64,000 bases of DNA from Octopus vulgaris (lineage: Eukaryota), in the NCBI GenBank assembly GCA_951406725.2, contig OX597815.1, positions 27,962,001 through 28,026,000 of the forward strand, written 5' to 3'. The first letter of the stretch is position 1. Each line of letters starts with the position of its first letter. Made by a program: the position numbers and the translations under genes. This document shows positions 56,999 to 64,000 of the stretch, in pieces. Under the pieces are notes generated by a model. It saw only the letters and a program-made list of their open reading frames with translations, was not told the DNA's origin and did not search any database.

Positions 56999-57097
56999 CT
57001 AATTCTGTGATGAGTGGAACATTTGATCCACATAGTGACCCTCTCCGAGGAGCATGTTGTTGATTACCAACTGGGGAAAAACCAGGAGGAAGAAAAC
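56999..57097 (-). CDS. slo: Slo1/BK exon with RRGS PKA consensus, leading into the calcium bowl
   Basis: Not in the ORF track. Acceptor tttctctttccag, donor TTAG|gtatgt; 99 nt, phase 1-1. (G)FLPPGFSPVGNQQHAPRRGSLCGSNVPLITEL bridges both flanking exons in frame. Confidence 0.93.
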   Translation of the reverse strand, partial: VFFLLVFPQLVINNMLLGEGHYVDQMFHSSQN

Positions 57098-57190
57098 CTG
57101 GAAAGAGAAAAAAGACTTCAGCTATGTAAGTAGCATCATTGGATCAATGTCATGATCCAATTAAATAAAAATGGATATGAAACTAAGATA

Positions 57191-57277
<87 letters not shown>

Positions 57278-57872
57278 AGGGTTGGTATTCTCAAATCTGG
57301 TGTAAATCAAAGGCAGACATGGTTGTTTAGTTAAAAAATTTCCTAAGTAACCACATGGTTCTTGATTTGATGCCATTGCATGGTACTGGATAAGTGTCTT
57401 CTATCATAGTTTGGGATTGGGCATTACCTTGCGAGTGGAATTTGGAAGATAAGAATTGTACAGAAGCCCATTGAGCAAAATGACTTTGTGCCATAAATGA
57501 GAGTTAGAAAAAAGTACACACACAGACACACTATCTTAGTTTTATATCCATTGTTCATACTAGTATGGGTGGGATGTGCTGTCACTGTCCAAGTCAATTA
57601 GTGCTCTCATAGACAGATTGGAGCACCAAGTCTCATTAATTTTATGGTATGATTTCTATGACTGGATACCCTTCCAAGACCAATCACTTAACAGTGTGTG
57701 TTGAATACATTTTATCTTGGCATCAGTACCAGAAAGATTGTCATGTCCTCAATAAGACTAAAATAATACAAAGTATAAACAGCAGAAATATATCTCTGAA
57801 AATACCAGTAAAAAAAAAGCAAGAAACAAAAGCAAACAAGGAACAGAAAAAAAACTTCAAAAATTTAACTAC

Positions 57873-58068
57873 CTGTTGGGGCTGAAGCTTGTATAAGGCC
57901 AATACTATCATCAAATGTCATAGCTTTGATATTCAGTGAGCAGAGGATGGCCTCCTTATCTACGAGATGCTGATCGTCTAAGTTTTTATCTTTGGCTGAT
58001 AGAACCACACACATATCACACAGATTAATATTTACTGCACGTAAGTTAGCTCTGTTTAGAGGAGAGCC
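57873..58068 (-). CDS. slo: Slo1/BK exon (RCK2)
   Basis: Acceptor ctttccacag, donor ACAG|gtagtt; 196 nt, phase 0-1. [25 protein letters not shown]...[23 protein letters not shown]... Confidence 0.97.
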
Positions 58069-58687
58069 CTGTGGAAAGAGAAGCACAAAATCACAAATGG
58101 CAATAGAGAGAAGAAAACCAAATAAGACATGAGAATAAATGCAATTTATATCATTATTATTTCATATATAACATTCGTTTTCTGATATACACACAAATCT
58201 ATTCTGTTACATAAGAATTGATTACAACTCTTGCTTGAAGTAAGGGAAATATTACAAACAAATCATCAGAGAAAATTAGGCATTGGAGAGCTCTTTAAGT
58301 TCACTGATCACATAATAAAGGCAATAGCTATAATACTACTAATAATTTTAAAATTTGTTACAAGGGCAACAGCTGTAGTAATTTCTCTCACATTCTGAGT
58401 TGAAATTCTGCTGAGCTCAACTTTGCCTTTCAATCTTCAAGGGTTTGACAAAATAAATATCAATTACTGGGGTCAATATAAATAGACTTTTGTTTCTAAA
58501 ATTAGTAGTTTTGCCTGTGTTAAAAACCATTATTACTAACAACAACGTCATATTAATATATTAAAGTAAGTACTGGCTGTCTGAAATCTTCAGATGGACA
58601 GTACTGAAGCATTTTTTATTTTCCCTGTAGTTACTAGCTACTCTTAGTATACACATATTAACATATGACTATTAACTAAATACTTAC

Positions 58688-58912
58688 TGGTAATATTGAT
58701 ATTTTTGGAAAGTTCTGAAGCATTTTCCATTCTCTACAGAGATATTCAAGATCTCCAACAACAACCACATGTTTGAGTTCATGGTAGTGAAAATTACTTG
58801 CTCGTAAAGGCATGACTAAATTCCTCAAACCAATGAGTGGAGATGATGCTTCGGCAAATAAGCACACAACAACATGGTTACACAGTACAGTTAGTGCTGC
58901 TTGATTTCGATC
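58688..58912 (-). CDS. slo: Slo1/BK exon (RCK2)
   Basis: Acceptor tctcttttcag, donor CCA|gtaagt; 225 nt, phase 0-0. [50 protein letters not shown]...NFPKISILP, a conserved Slo1 segment. Confidence 0.97.
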
Positions 58913-59037
58913 CTGAAAAGAGAGAAATATAATCATCTTTATTTTTCATGATATTAATTTTATTAGAAAAATATTCGATTTCTAAAAATTCTTTGATGGA
59001 AAACGGACGCTAAATGACGATGATGAAATTATTAATA

Positions 59038-59201
59038 GGTGCAGATGTGGTTGTGTGGTAAGAAGCTTGCGTCCCAACTACAGGGTTCCAAGTTCAGTCC
59101 CACTCTGTGGCACCTTGGGCAAATGTTTTCTACTATAGTCACAAACTGACCAAAGCTTTGTGAGTGGATTAGATGGAAACTGAAAGAAATTTGTCATATA
59201 T

Positions 59202-59241
<40 letters not shown>

Positions 59242-59296
59242 TTGTCCCTCATCACAACTTGACAACTGCTGTTGGTGTGTTTATAAGCCTGTAACT
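59038..59296 (+). mobile_element. tRNA-derived SINE with internal (TG)n
   Basis: tggttgtgtggtaagaagcttg...ggttccaagttcagtccc...ccttgggcaa. Relatives at ~18890-19025(-), 21680-21820(-), 47760-47900(-), 54355-54490 and 57315-57470. Confidence 0.7.
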
Positions 59297-59700
59297 TATT
59301 TTTTTAAGTTTCTCTGTATTGAATGAATGAGATCATAGAAGTGCTGGCTTGCTTCAGTCTGATAGCATGAAGTAGTAAAGAAACCGACTATCACATGCCT
59401 GAGTATAAATGCAGACTGTATATACACTGTGTAATTGAGAAATGTACTATTTTGTGTACTTTGTTGTTTACCCCATGTCAGCCATAGCAAGGCAAAACTA
59501 TAATCATGTACATTCCACCCATAGCCACTTCCTCTTTTTTCTTTAGGCCATGAACAGTTAAAATAACATTATCCAGCACGTTCTTCCTGTTCAAGGTGAC
59601 AGAATGTAATTTGAGAAAGATTTGGTTGCTACGTCCAACAGTTCAAATATTCACATTGAATTTCTTAGTTCATATTCCTTATAGTTTTTGGGGAGATTAA

Positions 59701-59918
59701 CCCTTTCGTTACTGTATTTATTTTGAGATGCTCTGTGTTTCTTCCAATTATTTTAAATATAAGAAAGAATTTAGTAAAATAACATCGTTATCATTGAGCT
59801 AGTGTTAGGAACATAAATTGTGACTAAAATTTGGTGGAAATTTTGAATTCAAAACTTATGAAAACAAGACATTTATACTAAAGAGCCAGAGCTGGTTTCA
59901 GGGTTGGTAACAAAAGGG
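59701..59918. mobile_element. piggyBac-type MITE
   Basis: TTAA|CCCTTTCGTTAC ... GTAACAAAAGGG|TTAA. Confidence 0.8.
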
Positions 59919-60142
59919 TTAAAGGTTCATGAGAGATTATAATAATAATATTTCTATAATAGTTTTGTTACTTCAATAGTTTGATTAGATGTGGTGTTTG
60001 TGATTGTTCTGTGTTTGTGCATTGTTTTGTGCTGAATTTTCGCTTTTTGTGCAAATGGTACATTATAAAAAAAATGTTTGTAATAGTTGATATGTAAATA
60101 ATACAGAAAGCGACAATAATCCAAGGAATCTCTATAGTTTAC

Positions 60143-60305
60143 CATAAGAACATCTTCAATACACCGTTCTGGACACCAGTGGAACATTCCTGTCGAATCA
60201 AATTTTCGAGGTTCCTCTCCAGGCACAACATTCATATCAGGGGGTAAATTGGCAGAGTTTCCTTTGTCTAAAGCTGGTAAAGTTCCTTTAGATGGACTGG
60301 TGGGC
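60143..60305 (-). CDS. slo: Slo1/BK channel alpha subunit exon (RCK1-RCK2 linker end / start of RCK2)
   Basis: Acceptor ttttgtcatcag, donor ATG|gtaaac; 163 nt, phase 2 to 0. Encodes (R)PTSPSKG...PRKFDSTGMFHWCPERCIEDVLM; the DSTGMFHWC motif is characteristic of Slo1. Confidence 0.95.
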
Positions 60306-60494
60306 CTGATGACAAAACCAAACAGAAAGAAGAAAATGCATAATTCAGATATAAATAAAAAATATAAAAACATAAAAAATAAGAAATTCTGTTTAGCAAT
60401 TGATGTAGACCATATTTATTAAATAACAGAGATATACAGAAATTAAAGATACCTGCTGATGTATGCGATATTTAATAGTGATGACTATTCATAT

Positions 60495-60775
60495 TCAAAC
60501 ACGGGGGCCAGGCGCGTCCGTTGCCAGCCTCGCCTGGCCCCCGTGCCGGTGGCACGTAAAAGCACCATCCGTTTGTGGCCGTTTGCCAGCTCCGTCTGGC
60601 ACCTGTGCGGGTGGCACGTAAAAAGCACCCACTACACTCGCGGAGTGGTTGGCGTTAGGAAGGGCATCCAGCCATAGAAACACTGCCAGACCAGACTGGG
60701 CCTGATGCAGCCTTCTGGCTTCACAGACCCCAGTTGAACCATCCAATCCATGCTAGCATGGAAAACGGACGCTAA

Positions 60776-60820
<45 letters not shown>
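60495..60820 (+). mobile_element. RTE-tail-derived repeat
   Basis: Same family as 12043-12661; ends in (GAT)n. Confidence 0.75.
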
Positions 60821-60822
<2 letters not shown>

Positions 60823-62448
60823 ACAGACCAGAATATCATAATTTCTGCCAGAATTTAAGTATTAAGTTCTCTCTCTGGCATTTTATATGAGTGTGTATGT
60901 TTGAGAGAGAGAGGTGGGGAGACAAAGTAAGATAGATCTATTTTATATGAAATCACTTGTTTAACTCTTTTAAGATTTTATTTTACAGTTTTAGTTTTAG
61001 AGATTTGTCATGTTTTAGTTATAGATATATTCATCCTTCTCCTTGTCATCCTCATTAGGGATTGCTTTTGCAAACTATATGATGCTCTCTTTTAAATTGT
61101 TTCTTTTATGAAGGAAGTTATGTGTATTAATATATTTAGAATATGAAGCCTGATGCACAGAGAGCTACAACACTCAATAAATTAATGTCATGAAATTCAG
61201 ATAAATGCAAACATTTCTTTGTTTCAATCTTGTTCTACCTTCATATTATTATGTGATGCTGTTTTTTGGCATCTGCTCTTCTATTATATCATTCTTAATA
61301 ACTTCCCTTTGATTGTTTGCACTAAATGAGAGACTAGGATGACCTAAACTCAACAGAGTATCTTAATATGAATATATAAGCTTCCCTACATAAGTGCTAA
61401 ATGTCCAGAAAATAAATCAATTATAACAAGATTAACCTATCTTCAAGGACCTTTTTATTTTTTCTTACTATCTTACCTGATAAGATTACTTCCCTAAGCC
61501 ATACTATGTTATCTACAAGTATAGTGAATCAATGAGATTGTTACAGAACATCTGTTACTGCAAACATGTCTTCCATAGTTATCAGGGATATTGGATGGAG
61601 TTTCCATTATAATGAATCAAATAACTTTGCATTAAGTCACTATACAGGTCTAATAATAAAAATAAAAAAATAAAGCTAGGATAATACTTTTAATTGAAAG
61701 GATTTATAAAATATTTACTTGAAAAAATGCTAGAATTTATTTGAGTAAAAATACTACAAAAGTTACCTTTTTTAAAATAGTGAAGTGTCATGTACAACAC
61801 TTGGCATTACTATTTTGAATTTTATGGTAATTAATTAGAACACATTTATACTATGTTCAAGGTTGAATGATATAATTTTATGTATTAGTTAAGGATATAC
61901 AAAATTTTGGAGTGAAGCATAAAATTAAGTTGAATTTAGAAAGGGATTTTGGATAAAGCTTTCAATTACCAACTTGGTAAAATTTCAACTCTTTAACAGA
62001 TGCACAAAACTAGTAATCATTTTTCAACTCAACTAAATGCACTGTTAATCAAATCATTTGGGTAAGCATATATGGAAACAAAATCTTAAATAAAAATATC
62101 AAATCATTCTAAGAAGTTCTTCATTCTCAGAGCTGAAAACAAAAACATTGGAAAGGTAATCTTCATCTGAAAGAAATAGATCATGTTACACAAAATTAAA
62201 TGAATTCAACAGAAATGTGCATTATTTATTCCTCACCTATATTACAAAAGTAAAAATACTATATTTTATAATAGTTTTGAATTTTACAAGAATTTCAAGA
62301 TAAACAGGAAAATCATGCAGATTTTAACACTTCCAAATACAATTGAAAATGTTTGTTTGAGAAAGTGTTTAGAGTATAAATAAAGTGAGGATGGTATTTT
62401 GTTTTAATACTTTAGCACTCATGTTTACTATTTCATTGAACAGTTTAT

Positions 62449-62524
62449 ATTGGCTACTAAGAAAAAATATTCCATCATTGGCTACTAAGAAAAATATTCC
62501 ATCATTGGCTACTAAGAAAAAATA
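62449..62524. repeat. Short tandem repeat, ~27-bp unit x2.7
   Basis: attggctactaagaaaa(aa)tattccatc repeated. Confidence 0.85.
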
Positions 62525-63478
62525 TGATGGAAAATGATTGATATCAATTCAAAAGACCTTTAAAGAATTTTTTTACTATAAAGAGATGATTTATCAAAAT
62601 AAACACTTTTAGAACAATATCAAATATCTTATTTATGCCAGTAATATTTGTTGTATCATTCTATCCATGAAGTTTCAAATAAGAGTAGTGTTAAAAGAAT
62701 GTGTTAATTTATTTTATGTAACATGTGGGGACATACCAGTAGAGAACTCCTTCAAATGCAGTCACTGTATTCATGACTGTTACTCCTGTGTGGGCCTCTA
62801 CAGCCACAGCAGCTGACTCAATTTCTCCCGGTGCAGATCCATGGTCTCTTGAGACCAACAGATGCCTACTATTGGGTACACACAAATAAAATCTTCTGAT
62901 GTGCCATATTTTAATTACTTTTGAACTCTATAAAATAATTGATCTGAAAGTTTTCTAGATACATATTAATATTACTATCATTATTTAACCTTCAATTCTG
63001 CTGATTGACTTTGACTCTCATCTTTCCAGGATCAATAAAATAAGTACCAGTTGAACACTGGAGGTAATGCGATCAACTTACTCCCTCCCTTAAAAATTCT
63101 GGCCTTGTGCCAAAATTTGAGACCATTACTTAACCCATGGCAAGTTCAGCAACTATAACACTGGTCTACAAGGTTTTTGGTATTTAGGAAATAGACATCA
63201 GCCCAATACAAAATCGGTCTCTTGGATCCAAATATAACCTTCTTTTTGACCTATCAGATCTAGTTTTTCAGTTATTGAACATCCCTATAGTCACTATGTC
63301 TGTGTGTACGTCCAATATGCAGTGTTCATTACCTTATTCTAATTTTAAGTTTTTGCTTTTCCCATACATTTTAGATGCTGTGGTAAACTAAGCGACAGAA
63401 ATTGAGCAAGATGTCCTCTTCAAGAAAGAGTTGCGTTAATTCTCCTAATGTGTTTTGTTATGTTTGTGGAGAATACAC

Positions 63479-63815
63479 ATCATCGTCATCGTTTAACGTC
63501 CGTTTTCCGCGCTAGCACGGGTTGGACGGTTTGACGGTTCGACCGGGGTCTGGGAAGCCAGGGGCTGCACCAGGCTCCAGTCTGATCTGGCAGAGTTTCT
63601 GCAGCTGGATGCCCTTCCTAACGCCAACCACTCCGCGAGTGTAGTGGGTGCTTTTTACGTGCCACCTGCACAGGTGCCGGGGGGGGGGGGGGCTGGCATC
63701 GGCCACGATCGGTTGGAGCTTTTAACGTGCCACCGGCACGGAAGCCAGCCAAGGCGGTGCTGGCAATGGCCACATTCGGATGGTGCTTTTATGTGCCACC
63801 GGCACAGAAGCCAGA
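63479..63815 (-). mobile_element. RTE-tail-derived repeat (inverted relative to the 60495 copy)
   Basis: Reverse complement of the same family. Confidence 0.75.
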
Positions 63816-64000
63816 CACATTACCTGGAAATTGAAGAAACGTCACTGATTTTGTTGACAGAGCAAATATAGCATATTTTGGGGTGAAGCTGGGAGACCAA
63901 GATAAATATTGGGCACTGCATAGCGTTAGTAAACAATGTACAGAACATTTGCAGCAATAGACTAAAGGGACGAGGAAAAGTATGAGGTTTGCTATACTAG

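Noticed and set aside
61476-61512. Short AG…GTAAGA micro-exon candidate
   Set aside because: Open only in phase 1, which is incompatible with the phase-2 acceptor at 60305.

Overview
AT-rich, microsatellite- and SINE-laden metazoan DNA; the repeat families look like coleoid cephalopod (probably Octopus), which is inference. The window holds the 3' part of a Slo1/BK (slowpoke, KCNMA1-like) Ca2+-activated K+ channel gene on the minus strand. Seven internal exons (60305 to 52246) splice in frame at GT-AG sites and encode the RCK1-RCK2 linker end, RCK2 and the calcium bowl ([12 protein letters not shown]). The last constitutive exon (...[17 protein letters not shown]) is followed by a ~41 kb stretch before the best terminal exon (VFCLQPFN..., 11010-10924). 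Inside that stretch are several other phase-0 exon candidates that start with a paralogous V/I/L-F-x-L-x-P type strand (31744 VFSLIPC, 15128 LFLLQPV, 47202 IICAMGP, 43489 VFCR*). This suggests an array of mutually exclusive alternative last exons; none is in the ORF track in the correct frame. The same intron holds a TSD-flanked, terminally redundant ~0.5 kb element with a decayed type I hammerhead ribozyme (retrozyme/Penelope-like), three foldback hairpins (a fourth lies in the likely 3' UTR), an ORF1-only gag-like element, and LINE, Tc1/mariner, Helitron and SINE remnants; piggyBac-type MITEs lie elsewhere in the gene. Nearly all long ORFs in the supplied track are microsatellite artefacts. 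All coordinates were read by hand and no database search was run.
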